Part shown: in pieces, positions 18,139 to 26,944 of the stretch | Position numbering within the stretch: position 1 is the stretch's first letter | Layout: every line of letters begins with the position of its first letter | Assembly (NCBI GenBank): GCA_965203175.1 | Contig: OZ241867.1 | Coordinates: 6,496,001-6,560,000 of the forward strand | Length of the DNA stretch: 64,000 nucleotides | Direction of reading: 5' to 3' | From: Candidatus Latescibacterota bacterium | Lineage (GTDB): Bacteria > Latescibacterota > UBA2968 > UBA8231 | Translations under genes and position numbers: made by a program | Notes under the pieces: generated by a model | What the model was told of the DNA's origin: nothing | Seen by the model: only the letters and a program-made list of their open reading frames with translations | Database searches by the model: none

Positions 18139-20879
18139 CCTTTGAACGGCTCCAATCCCATGACTAGGCGCATGAAAAACAAAACTTGGTCAATGTCTTC
18201 GATCTGGCGCGAGCGGTCGTCGAATTGCAGTTGTTTGCGTTGGTAACCCGTGCTCAGACTGAGGTGGTAGCCCTTGTAGGTCGTCCTATTGGTCACCATG
18301 ACCACATAGTCCTCGGCCCCATAGTTGACAGCACCGTTGACGCGATCGCGGTACCTGCTTTTGAGCCAGGGCAAGCCCTGGGCACCAGCGCTGAAGCGGG
18401 TCATGGGCGTCAGATTGTACGTCGCGGTCAGGATCGGATAGAAAAAGCGCTCTGAAATGGGCCGCACCCGATCGCTGCGATCGCGCCGCACAAAGCCCAT
18501 GTACTTAATGCGGGGTGTCACCGTCAAGCTACCCACATTCCAGTTATACGCCGCTCTCAACACCCAGGACCAAGCGCCGATTCGATTGGCGGGTTGTAGG
18601 GATGTGGGGCGCTGGAAATTGACGTCGTACTTGAGGCGCTGGTCGATGTTGAGGTTGTCGATGCGGAAGAAGGTGGCCTTGAGATAGGCGGTGTTGACCA
18701 AGCTATTGCGCATGGCCAACTCGTCCTCGACTAGCTCAAAATTAGCCACATTGGCGTCAAAAGTACCCCGCACCTCAAAGGGTAGGGCATTGGAGATGCG
18801 CGGCAAAAATTGCGGAGTGTCGTCCTCAATGTCGTCTTGCACCTGCTTGAACACATTGAAAAATTCCACGCGGCCGTACGGGAAAAGGGAGCGCTGATAG
18901 GCCGTCTTGAAATAGGAGACGCGGTTTTTCCCCGCTCCCCAGATCTGGCGCGTGCGGTAGCGTCCCACGGTAAATTCAAGTCCGGTGCGGGGACGTAGGC
19001 CGGCGAACAGGTGATGTCCCTGGGTATCCACATCGTAGGGATAATCGGGCTCAAAGTCGTCTTCCCGATGGTCGATGATGCCGTTGTTGTCGAAGTCGTC
19101 GCCGTAGTCGTATTCGGGAGGATCGACGTTATAGAGTACAAAGGGCTCGAGGTAGTCGGGAGCGGTGTTGCCGTTTTCGTTGGGATCGGGCTGGCCGTCC
19201 TGATCGAGGTCGAGGCCGGGGAAGATGCCGTCGTTATCGGCAAAATTCGGTATGAAGTGCATGTCGGGAAAGCGGTCGCGATCGTCGTTGTCATCTACCG
19301 TGGACAATTCGAGGGTGTTGTTGTAGCGCTCGTCAAAGCTGGGAAAGACGCTGAAGGGGCTGCGCAGATCCTCGGTGTACGTGCGGTAATTCCGGTCCTC
19401 GACGGAAATGCTAGTGCTGTACTGGGGCGCGATGCGGAAGACCTCAAAGCCTAAGCTGGCGCGGTGCCAATCCCGAGTAGTATTGACAAAAAAGGCGTCG
19501 GCCGTGCGACGCTGCCACTTGCCGTCTCCGGCGTGGGAGGGATACTGGCGAAATTCAAAGGTGCGGGCGAACTCCGTGCGCAGAGAAAAATCCCGGCGCT
19601 GCACTTCGAGGCGCAGGCTGGCATTGGTGCGGCCCGTGTGGCGGCCGTACTCAAAGTTCACCCAGCGCCGGTTGGAGCCATCGCGCACTTGGCCCTCGGC
19701 CGCGATCACCGGATAGAAAAAAGTGGCGCGTTCGCCAGTTATATCGACGTTGGTCGATGACTCGACCGCAGCCGGCAGAAAAACTTCGGCCATTTCAATG
19801 CGGTAGTCATTGGCCACCATCCCGCGAAAGCGCAAGCGCTCGACCTGCCCTCGCATCTCCTGGGGTATTTTGAACCAGTAGAGCAAAAACTCCGAGCCAT
19901 TGGCTTCGAGAAATTCCCCTTGCTCGGCCGGCTCCACAGCCAAGTCTCCCCGGAGAAACTCGATGTACGGCGGTATGGTCTTGCCCAGCGGAAAGAAGCG
20001 GTCGCGGTTGGGATAGGTTCTATCGATTTGCTCGCTATCGTGGCGGGTGACGAGTGGCTGGACGGTTCCGAGCGTCCCTTCGATGTGCAGGTCGTAGATC
20101 CGGGCTCCGCCGCCATCCTTAGGCGAACCATCGTCGAACTTGACCACTATGTAGGCCGGCGGCGTGTTCTTGCGCGGCACCACGCCCTTGATGCTGTTGT
20201 CGCCCCAAGAGGTCAAGCTGTTGGTGCGGTGCAAGTTGACATAGGAGAAGCTCACGTCCAGCACCCCGAACTTGCGCTGGACGTGGCCGCCGAGCAGGTA
20301 GGTAGCCCAATCCCGGGCTCCGTGCAATTCGAGATTATCCCCCGGAAAGATGGGCCAGTCGAGGCGCGACGTGACAAAGGAAAATTGGCTGCCATCGACA
20401 TCGGCGTCCCAGCGGGCGCCGTTGAGCGCAACTAGGTCGAGAGTGAGGGCGGTGAACTTGGTGCGGATGCGGTCGCCGACGATCAGCCGGCTGCTCCAAT
20501 TGCCATAGCTGTCTTGGGCCACCAGCAGGCGATTGAGGTACTGCTGGTAAAAGCGGCTTTTGTCGATAAAACTACCCGACTCGGGCGGATTGGTCCGCCC
20601 TTCCTCCAATTCAAAAACGCCGACCCCGTCGAGGACGAAGTTGCCCAAATCGTCGTACACATTGCGCGTGACTTGGCCAAATATCCCCGAGTTGTACGCG
20701 CGGTACCCCTGGCGGGCATAGCTTTCGTAGCGCTCCTCAGCATCGTAGAGCAGTTGCCCAAAGGCGGGCGCGGACCAAGCCAAGACGATGAGTACTAGGA
20801 CCATCACAGCACGCACCTCTCGATAAAAATCAATCGCCCCATCTGCGTTCCATCTGCGTCCATCTGCGGATAACATCAC
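18135..20879 (-). CDS. ~900-aa predicted outer-membrane beta-barrel protein with Asp-rich insert (paralog 2); true start may be near 20804-20816
   Basis: GDRIRTKFTALTL, DDGSPKD, GQVRDGSN, DDNDDRDRFPD, DGIFPG, PDYLEPFV, DFEPDYPY; ends FFMRLVMGLEPFKG; signal peptide MVLVLIVLAWSAPAFG. Confidence 0.7.
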   Translation of the reverse strand: MMLSADGRRWNADGAIDFYREVRAVMVLVLIVLAWSAPAFGQLLYDAEERYESYARQGYRAYNSGIFGQVTRNVYDDLGNFVLDGVGVFELEEGRTNPPESGSFIDKSRFYQQYLNRLLVAQDSYGNWSSRLIVGDRIRTKFTALTLDLVALNGARWDADVDGSQFSFVTSRLDWPIFPGDNLELHGARDWATYLLGGHVQRKFGVLDVSFSYVNLHRTNSLTSWGDNSIKGVVPRKNTPPAYIVVKFDDGSPKDGGGARIYDLHIEGTLGTVQPLVTRHDSEQIDRTYPNRDRFFPLGKTIPPYIEFLRGDLAVEPAEQGEFLEANGSEFLLYWFKIPQEMRGQVERLRFRGMVANDYRIEMAEVFLPAAVESSTNVDITGERATFFYPVIAAEGQVRDGSNRRWVNFEYGRHTGRTNASLRLEVQRRDFSLRTEFARTFEFRQYPSHAGDGKWQRRTADAFFVNTTRDWHRASLGFEVFRIAPQYSTSISVEDRNYRTYTEDLRSPFSVFPSFDERYNNTLELSTVDDNDDRDRFPDMHFIPNFADNDGIFPGLDLDQDGQPDPNENGNTAPDYLEPFVLYNVDPPEYDYGDDFDNNGIIDHREDDFEPDYPYDVDTQGHHLFAGLRPRTGLEFTVGRYRTRQIWGAGKNRVSYFKTAYQRSLFPYGRVEFFNVFKQVQDDIEDDTPQFLPRISNALPFEVRGTFDANVANFELVEDELAMRNSLVNTAYLKATFFRIDNLNIDQRLKYDVNFQRPTSLQPANRIGAWSWVLRAAYNWNVGSLTVTPRIKYMGFVRRDRSDRVRPISERFFYPILTATYNLTPMTRFSAGAQGLPWLKSRYRDRVNGAVNYGAEDYVVMVTNRTTYKGYHLSLSTGYQRKQLQFDDRSRQIEDIDQVLFFMRLVMGLEPFKG
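20839..20873. repeat. Short tandem repeat (CCATCTGCG x3; CGCAGATGG on minus strand)
   Basis: ccatctgcg-tt-ccatctgcg-t-ccatctgcg-gataa at the junction of two barrel genes. Confidence 0.6.
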
Positions 20880-23563
20880 AGCACGCGCGCCTGGACGAAA
20901 AATTCTTTGAAGTTGCGCACCCTGCGGCCGGGCGTGTGCACAAAGCGGGTGTGGCTGGCGCGGAAACCCAAATTGAGACTGAGATCGAAGCCCCGGTTGT
21001 GGCTGCGGTTCTCAATGGCAAAAAGGTAGTGGCGGGCCGTGAAATCTCCGGCCGGGTACTCCGGGTTGCGGAAGGTATGAGGCCAGCCCGGCAAGCCCTG
21101 AACGCCAAAGCGCAGCACCGTGGCTTGGCCCAGTGTGTAGTCCGCCTGCAGAATGGGAAAAAGTTCATACGTGCGGAGAGGCAACAGCAGATCCTCGGGA
21201 GCGGTGCGGCGCTGAAGCCTCAGTTTGGCGCTGGGGCGGATTTTTAGGCCCTGGCGCACAAAGGTGTAATCCGCCTTGCTGGTCCAAGTCCAGTCGATAA
21301 TATGGCGTCGCTGGTCTAGCGTCTCCAGCATGCGGTTGATTTCGAGCTTGGTGGTAGCTTTGACTTGCATCCCGGGTATAGGCGCGTATCCCGCGGTGCC
21401 GTACAGGGTGTGGAGCCAGCTATTTCGCGCCAGCAGTGGATCGGGTTTGATCTTGATCGCGGTATTGGTCGCGGTCAGCGGATCGACGACGTGCTGGTAC
21501 ACTGGATCGGCGATAGTATCGCGCACCCGCTTGCTCCGCATATTGAACTGTACATGCCCTCTCTGGTATTGCGCCTCCCCGTACGCGACTTGGTTGCGGC
21601 CGGCACCAGCGCGCTGTTCAATGCGGTACTGCCCGAGGCGGAATTGCCAGGATGAGCGGGGGTGGAGAAGGGCGAATGAATGATACCCACGGCTATCGAG
21701 CGGATAGGGATAGTCCGGCAGATTGTCGTTCTCGCGCCGGTCCACTACGCCGTTGTTGTTGAAATCGTCGCCGTACACAAAATCATCTGGTTCAACGGCG
21801 TACATGAGGAACGGCTCGGCGTAGTCGGGTATCTGGTTCTGGTTCACATTGATCGCCAAAACCCCATCTCCATCTTGGTCCAGCCCGGGAAAAACCCCGT
21901 ACCCAACGCCGTTGCCGAGGTTGCCGGGCAGGTAATCAATGGCGGCCTGAGTCGGCTGGCTCTCCGGGTCCACGCCAGCGGCATCCTTCAGACTGATGTA
22001 GAGTGGATCAAGCGGATCCCAGTGCTCCCAGCGGTCCTCCCAGTAGTCGCCGTCGTCGTTGTCGTCCACCAGCGCGTAGTCCAGAACCTTGTCGGCGCGT
22101 TCCGACCACATGGGCAAAGTAGTGGCGTACGCCGCCGGCAGGCCAAACATCTCAAGGCCGACTGCGAGGCTATCCATCTGGTGCAGCCCCTTGAGGAAAA
22201 AGGCCCGGCTGGCGCGGCGCTGATGCTGGCTGGCACCAGGGAAGCGGCGGTACCCAACGTTTTCGACCAACTCGCCCGCAAGGGTCGTCCCCTCCCATTC
22301 CCAAAGAAAGTCGCTGCCGTACTGGATTTGCGCAGTGGGAAAGCCGTATTCAAAACTCACCCAGCGCAAGTTGGACCCATCCCGGACATTGCGCGGCGCA
22401 CGCGCGACATTGTGCCAGTCAGTCCAGATGCGATTGGGCACGCCGGCCCAGCCGTAGGCCGCCGCCACGTCAATACTATAGTCGCCGGCCACTTGGGCGC
22501 GAAAGCTCAGGCGCTCGGCCGTAGCTGGAATTTCCCAGCGGTAGACCAGCAGGTCGGTGCCGCCCACTTCGAGGGGAAACTCCGCTGCTGCAACGGGCAG
22601 ACCCTGCTGAAAAAAGAGGCCGCGTTCCCTCCGTCGGTTGTTGAGCCGGGGATCGAAGACTCGGTCGCGCGGTACGCTCTGCGGGGCCCAGGGACCGTGG
22701 CGGCGCAGATGGGGGACGTGGTCCGGGTCGGCAAGGCGCGGGATGCGCCGAATATCCGGCTCGATTGGGAGCGGAGCACCATCGACAAAAATTTCCACGG
22801 CCAGCACTTGCACGCCGCTGTCATCCTCGGGAGAATCGTCGCTGAAAACCACGTAGTAGGCCGTAGTCTTAGCCAAATCCGTCGGAAAGGTGCCGCGCGT
22901 CGACCCCCGGCGCTGCATGCTATCGCGCAGATGCAGATTGACGTACGAACCACCGACGGTGAGCACATTGCCCAGACGGCTTTCCCAGCGGCCGCCGAAC
23001 AGATAGGTGGCAAACGGGAGATTGTTGGCACCGCCGACTAGCGGCGAAGAAACCCGAGCACCCAGTACGGTAAAGCGATTCTTGTACGAAGCCCCATCCC
23101 AGCGCAGCCCCTGCAGGCGCGCCTTGTCGAGAGTTAGCGGCGTGAAGCGGGCCTCGAGGGCGTCGCCGACCATGACCCGGGCCGACCAGTCGCGGTAGTG
23201 ATCGCGCATGATGACCAAGTTGCGAAAGGTGGCCGCAATATTGCCGCTGCGGAAAATTCGGCTGCTGCGCTGGGGTGCTAGCGTGCGGTATTCCTCCACG
23301 CGCAACAACTCCACCCCGTCGAGCAAATAGGCCCCAAAGGGGTCGTAGGTCGGGTTCTCGGGACGGGCCGTGTAGTCGCGGTAACTGAGCAGGCTGTAGT
23401 TTTCGTAGCGCTCGTGCCACCAAGGGTAGTACTCGCGGTTGAGGAAGCGGGACTGGGCCTGGCTCCAAGGCAGGTACTCGGTGGTGGTAAGTTGGCCTTC
23501 CGCCCGCTCCCAAGCGATGACGCAGAGCAACGCAGCCAGCCCAATGATCGGGAGGCCCTTCAT
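20876..23563 (-). CDS. ~900-aa predicted outer-membrane beta-barrel protein with Asp-rich insert (paralog 3)
   Basis: Signal peptide; GDALEARFTPLTL, DDSPEDD, RNVRDGSN, DDNDDGDYWED, GVFPGLDQDGDG, PDYAEPFL, NLPDYPY; ends EFFVQARVL. Confidence 0.7.
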   Translation of the reverse strand: MKGLPIIGLAALLCVIAWERAEGQLTTTEYLPWSQAQSRFLNREYYPWWHERYENYSLLSYRDYTARPENPTYDPFGAYLLDGVELLRVEEYRTLAPQRSSRIFRSGNIAATFRNLVIMRDHYRDWSARVMVGDALEARFTPLTLDKARLQGLRWDGASYKNRFTVLGARVSSPLVGGANNLPFATYLFGGRWESRLGNVLTVGGSYVNLHLRDSMQRRGSTRGTFPTDLAKTTAYYVVFSDDSPEDDSGVQVLAVEIFVDGAPLPIEPDIRRIPRLADPDHVPHLRRHGPWAPQSVPRDRVFDPRLNNRRRERGLFFQQGLPVAAAEFPLEVGGTDLLVYRWEIPATAERLSFRAQVAGDYSIDVAAAYGWAGVPNRIWTDWHNVARAPRNVRDGSNLRWVSFEYGFPTAQIQYGSDFLWEWEGTTLAGELVENVGYRRFPGASQHQRRASRAFFLKGLHQMDSLAVGLEMFGLPAAYATTLPMWSERADKVLDYALVDDNDDGDYWEDRWEHWDPLDPLYISLKDAAGVDPESQPTQAAIDYLPGNLGNGVGYGVFPGLDQDGDGVLAINVNQNQIPDYAEPFLMYAVEPDDFVYGDDFNNNGVVDRRENDNLPDYPYPLDSRGYHSFALLHPRSSWQFRLGQYRIEQRAGAGRNQVAYGEAQYQRGHVQFNMRSKRVRDTIADPVYQHVVDPLTATNTAIKIKPDPLLARNSWLHTLYGTAGYAPIPGMQVKATTKLEINRMLETLDQRRHIIDWTWTSKADYTFVRQGLKIRPSAKLRLQRRTAPEDLLLPLRTYELFPILQADYTLGQATVLRFGVQGLPGWPHTFRNPEYPAGDFTARHYLFAIENRSHNRGFDLSLNLGFRASHTRFVHTPGRRVRNFKEFFVQARVL

Positions 23564-23594
23564 AATTCAGTATACCTATTTTAAATATTGCGCC

Positions 23595-23623
23595 GTAGGG
23601 GGCGGTTTGAAACCGCCCCCTAC
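23595..23623. repeat. GTAG-type REP-like palindrome
   Basis: Perfect 14-bp inverted repeat GTAGGGGGCGGTTT-G-AAACCGCCCCCTAC in the intergenic spacer. Confidence 0.75.
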
Positions 23624-23645
23624 CCGGGTGCGTAACATCAGTTAG

Positions 23646-25706
23646 TCAGTAAACCACAGCCACGTGGCCGCTGTGGACCGCCTCCCCTGCATCGACCTCG
23701 ACCTCGACCTGAAAGAGGTAGAGACCCGGGGGCACTAGGTTGCCGCGGTCATCGCGTCCATCCCAATAGCCGGGGCTTTCCCTCTCCCGGCCGGGCAAGC
23801 GCAAATAGGTTCCCGCGCTCAGGGCCGGGGGCCGGAGCCGGGCCACAGTGCGGCCGCTTAAGTCGAAGATGCGCATGGATACTGGGCGCGCCACATCCAC
23901 TCTGGAGAGAACCAATTCGATCACCGTGGCGTCGTTGACACCATCGCCGTTGGGCGAAAATACCGGCGGATTGGCCCGCACCTGTTCGAGGACTTGGCCG
24001 GTAACCGTGGTCGTAACCAACGTCCACGAATGGGGCCTTTGAGTGCGCGGGTCTTCGTCTTGATTGGGCGCGGCATTGAGCGGATTTTCCGAATCTGGGC
24101 TAAACAGGAACGCGCGAAAACGGTGCAGATGGGCATAGGAGCGAGTGCGGAAGGGAATCTGCAACTGAGTGCTTTGCCGCAGGGGCTCGGCGAAAATCAA
24201 GGTGAGCAAGTGCTGGGTGGAAAACCACTCGGCCAGCACAGTACTCCCCAAGTCAATACCCGGGCCGAGCTGAGCCTGTCCAGGCACAGCTATTTGCAAG
24301 CTTTTGACCCCCTGATCGCCAGCGCCGATCTCCACGTCGAGGGTATAGACAAAGTTGGTATCCACGCCCATCGGCACCCGGTTGGGCTCGACGCGACCAC
24401 GGGCCGTGGACGCAGCTATATCCTCGGTGGAGTACTCGATGCTCAGATCGCGAAAAAGAGGACTTTTCTCCGGGTCCCGGCTCTCCATATTGACGCGATA
24501 CTGCAAAAACCGCCCGGGTTCGGGGCCGGGAAAAAGGATTCCTCCAGCGACCAGCGGAGTGCTCCAGCCCCCCTGGGGATCGGCAAAAGCGTCCAAGGTG
24601 GCACCGCTGCGAAACTGGACCGCTAGATCCGTGCGCAGGGGAATGTCTGCATTCCAAGCGATGCGGCCGAAATTCTTGCGCTTGTCCGGTGCTCCCAGAT
24701 CCAGCGGTTCGGAAAGAAAAACGCCCTCCTCGGCAAAACCCTCGCCAAAGACCTGAATCTCGGCGACCTTGGGCTGGCTCACGCCATTGACGTCGATGAT
24801 GACAATGCGCACGAACCGGGTCCAAGTCGGATTGAAGACCACTTCGGTGCGCTCGAACTGGAGGATATCGTGCAAAACCCCCACCTCGGACCAGCGGATT
24901 TCATTGTCGCTGACTTGCACGGAATAGCCCTGTAGGGAATTCTGGGCGAAGTCGGGCCCCTCGGTGAGCACCCGCACGGCCCGGATCAGTCGGCGCTGTT
25001 GCAAGTCGATGGAGGCGGCAAAATTGACCGAGGATACGGGCGGTTCCCAAGCAGTGCGCAAATCGCCATCCACGGCTTCTATGCGATTGGAGGGCCGCCC
25101 TAAAGCCAAGTTCTCACCGCGTATTTGCTTGAGAACCACGCCACCAGCCACGCCGCCGATATCCGTGCCGCCGGGAAAACCAGCGACTAGGTCCGGGGCC
25201 GGATCGGGCAAGCCCTCGATCAGGCCGCGATTGACGCTACCGGCCTGGACCACCTGCCAACCCGGCTGCTCCGCGATCTCGGCCACTTGCCAGTCCGTGT
25301 CGGCCGGGCGAGCGGTCCAGTACCAGGTCTGGGCTTTGGGATCGGTCTCGCCGTAGCGCAGGGAATCGACCGCGACCACAGCCAGCAGGCCATGCCCTAC
25401 GCCCAAACCGCGATTGACCACCTCGACGGCCAAGGCGTTATCGCCGCCGAGCACGTCAACTGGGTAGGTGTGCACCTGGTTCCAAAACGCACTGGCCCCG
25501 ATGGCAACGCCATTGAAATAGACCGCAAAACTGTCCACCGCGGCAATGTGGAGCAGCCCTGAGGCACCGCTATCGGCCGCAAAGCTAGTGCGGTAGTACA
25601 GGGTATTGCGATAGGTGTCCTGGGTCCAGACCTCGGCGCGGCTCCCACCCGAAAGCATTAGCAGGAGGCAGGCTACCAACCCGGATCTGATGTGGGCTCG
25701 GACCAT
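23646..25706 (-). CDS. Secreted discoidin-like protein with FlgD-Ig/CHU_C-like C-terminal domain
   Basis: Start reassigned to ATG 25706 (MVRAHIRSG signal peptide); VDGDLRTAW, YSVQVSDNEIRW, FSPNGDGVND...WDGRDDRG...VVY; paralog of 6758-8839. Confidence 0.8.
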   Translation of the reverse strand: MVRAHIRSGLVACLLLMLSGGSRAEVWTQDTYRNTLYYRTSFAADSGASGLLHIAAVDSFAVYFNGVAIGASAFWNQVHTYPVDVLGGDNALAVEVVNRGLGVGHGLLAVVAVDSLRYGETDPKAQTWYWTARPADTDWQVAEIAEQPGWQVVQAGSVNRGLIEGLPDPAPDLVAGFPGGTDIGGVAGGVVLKQIRGENLALGRPSNRIEAVDGDLRTAWEPPVSSVNFAASIDLQQRRLIRAVRVLTEGPDFAQNSLQGYSVQVSDNEIRWSEVGVLHDILQFERTEVVFNPTWTRFVRIVIIDVNGVSQPKVAEIQVFGEGFAEEGVFLSEPLDLGAPDKRKNFGRIAWNADIPLRTDLAVQFRSGATLDAFADPQGGWSTPLVAGGILFPGPEPGRFLQYRVNMESRDPEKSPLFRDLSIEYSTEDIAASTARGRVEPNRVPMGVDTNFVYTLDVEIGAGDQGVKSLQIAVPGQAQLGPGIDLGSTVLAEWFSTQHLLTLIFAEPLRQSTQLQIPFRTRSYAHLHRFRAFLFSPDSENPLNAAPNQDEDPRTQRPHSWTLVTTTVTGQVLEQVRANPPVFSPNGDGVNDATVIELVLSRVDVARPVSMRIFDLSGRTVARLRPPALSAGTYLRLPGRERESPGYWDGRDDRGNLVPPGLYLFQVEVEVDAGEAVHSGHVAVVY

Positions 25707-25758
25707 CGCGTTGCGGATTGTTGCCAGATGGACGGAAAAGGCGGCGAAACGCAGAAAA

Positions 25759-25796
25759 TTGACTACTCCCAATCCTAAAGGAGTTGGGATTCTTGG
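25759..25796. mobile_element. IS200/IS605-end-like hairpin (solo remnant); may also act as terminator
   Basis: TTGACTAC-TCCCAA-TCC-TAAA-GGA-G-TTGGGA-TTCTTGG; CTAAAG-loop hairpin resembles IS200/IS605 subterminal hairpins; no transposase nearby. Confidence 0.45.
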
Positions 25797-25815
25797 CAGC
25801 CATCCCCTCTGAGGT

Positions 25816-26817
25816 TCAATTAGGATCGGAATCGTCCTGCTTGACTCGCTTATGTCTCTTGATCCGTCCCCACGAAGTCTCGGCCACGGCCGTCGGCTCC
25901 CCGCCGGTATAAGACGCGATGTCCATCACGTAAATCTCATCGTTGCCGTCGCGATTGGACACGAAGGCGATGTGCCGGCCATCCGGAGACCACGAAGGAG
26001 AGTGGTCTTCGGCCGGGTGGTCTGTCAGGCGACGAGGGTTGCTCCCATCCGAACCCATCACGTATATCTCATAGTTACCGTCGCGGTCGGAGGTGAAGGC
26101 GATGTGCCGGCCATCCGGAGACCACGAAGGAGACCCGTCATAGCCACTGGCATCGGTCAGGTTGCGCCGATTTTCTCCATTCGCATCCATCACCATAATA
26201 TCACGGGCATGGTGAGAGTGAAGGTGAAAGGCGATATGCCGACCATCCGGAGACCACGAAGGATCTAGGTCTTGGCCCCAGTCGCCGCTCAGATTCCGCA
26301 GGTTTTCCCCAGACAAATCTATCACGTAAATCTTTCTGGCGGGCGTAACGCGGTGGGAAGTGAACGCGATAGATTGCCCATCTGGGGACCACGAAGGCAT
26401 CCAGTCAGTCTGAACGTGGTCGGTCAGGCGGCGTACATTGTCTCCATTTGCATCCATCACGTAAATCTCACTGTTGCCGCCTCCCACGCGCTCGGAGAAA
26501 AAGGTGATAGAGTGACCGTCTGGAGACCACGAAGGATCCCCGTCCGTGCTACTGTCATTGGTTAGGTTTCGCAGGTTGTCCCCATTTGCATCCATCACGT
26601 AAATCTCATAGTTGCCGTCGCGGTTGGACTCGAAGGCGATGTGCCGACCATCCGGAGACCAAGAAGGAGACCAGTCATCGCCGCTGGCATCGGTTAGGCG
26701 GCGTATGTCTCCGGCGACCCAAGCCTCCCCATCACTGCTCGTCACCGTTTGCCCCCAGCCAGCGCCGGCCAGCCCCAGCGTTGCCAAGCAGACGATTAGT
26801 ATCGACCGATAGTTCAT
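25816..26817 (-). CDS. TolB-like PD40 beta-propeller protein with short C-terminal TAVxxxxWGxIK tag
   Basis: Start ATG 26817 with GGAGG RBS; signal peptide; six PSWSPDGxxIxF...IYVM units; PTAVAETSWGRIK near C-terminus. Confidence 0.88.
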   Translation of the reverse strand: MNYRSILIVCLATLGLAGAGWGQTVTSSDGEAWVAGDIRRLTDASGDDWSPSWSPDGRHIAFESNRDGNYEIYVMDANGDNLRNLTNDSSTDGDPSWSPDGHSITFFSERVGGGNSEIYVMDANGDNVRRLTDHVQTDWMPSWSPDGQSIAFTSHRVTPARKIYVIDLSGENLRNLSGDWGQDLDPSWSPDGRHIAFHLHSHHARDIMVMDANGENRRNLTDASGYDGSPSWSPDGRHIAFTSDRDGNYEIYVMGSDGSNPRRLTDHPAEDHSPSWSPDGRHIAFVSNRDGNDEIYVMDIASYTGGEPTAVAETSWGRIKRHKRVKQDDSDPN

Positions 26818-26869
26818 AACGTGCCTCCTTTCGGAAGGTTGTGAAAGGAACTTATATCCTTGAGTGCCC

Positions 26870-26930
26870 AAAAAAAAGGGATCGAGTGCAATGGCGGGTT
26901 GCCCCGGCCAAAACCCGATCCCCTAAAAAA
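26870..26930 (-). terminator. Rho-independent terminator
   Basis: Minus strand GGGATCGGGT...ACTCGATCCC stem with inner GGG-GCAA-CCC, followed by T8, just downstream of 26945-28768. Confidence 0.75.
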
Positions 26931-26944
26931 GACAGATCTGCGAG

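Noticed and set aside
21680-23041. 453-aa plus-strand ORF (also 27644-28720, 39132-40304, 13141-13959)
   Set aside because: Lie opposite well-supported genes; expected in high-GC DNA
15322-23563. Barrels as TonB-dependent receptors, BamA or SprA
   Set aside because: No recognisable plug, TonB box or POTRA motifs and far shorter than SprA; not fully excluded without structure prediction
25920-26700. Regularly spaced DNA repeats resembling a CRISPR array
   Set aside because: In-frame PD40 blades of ~132 bp; no unique spacers, no cas genes
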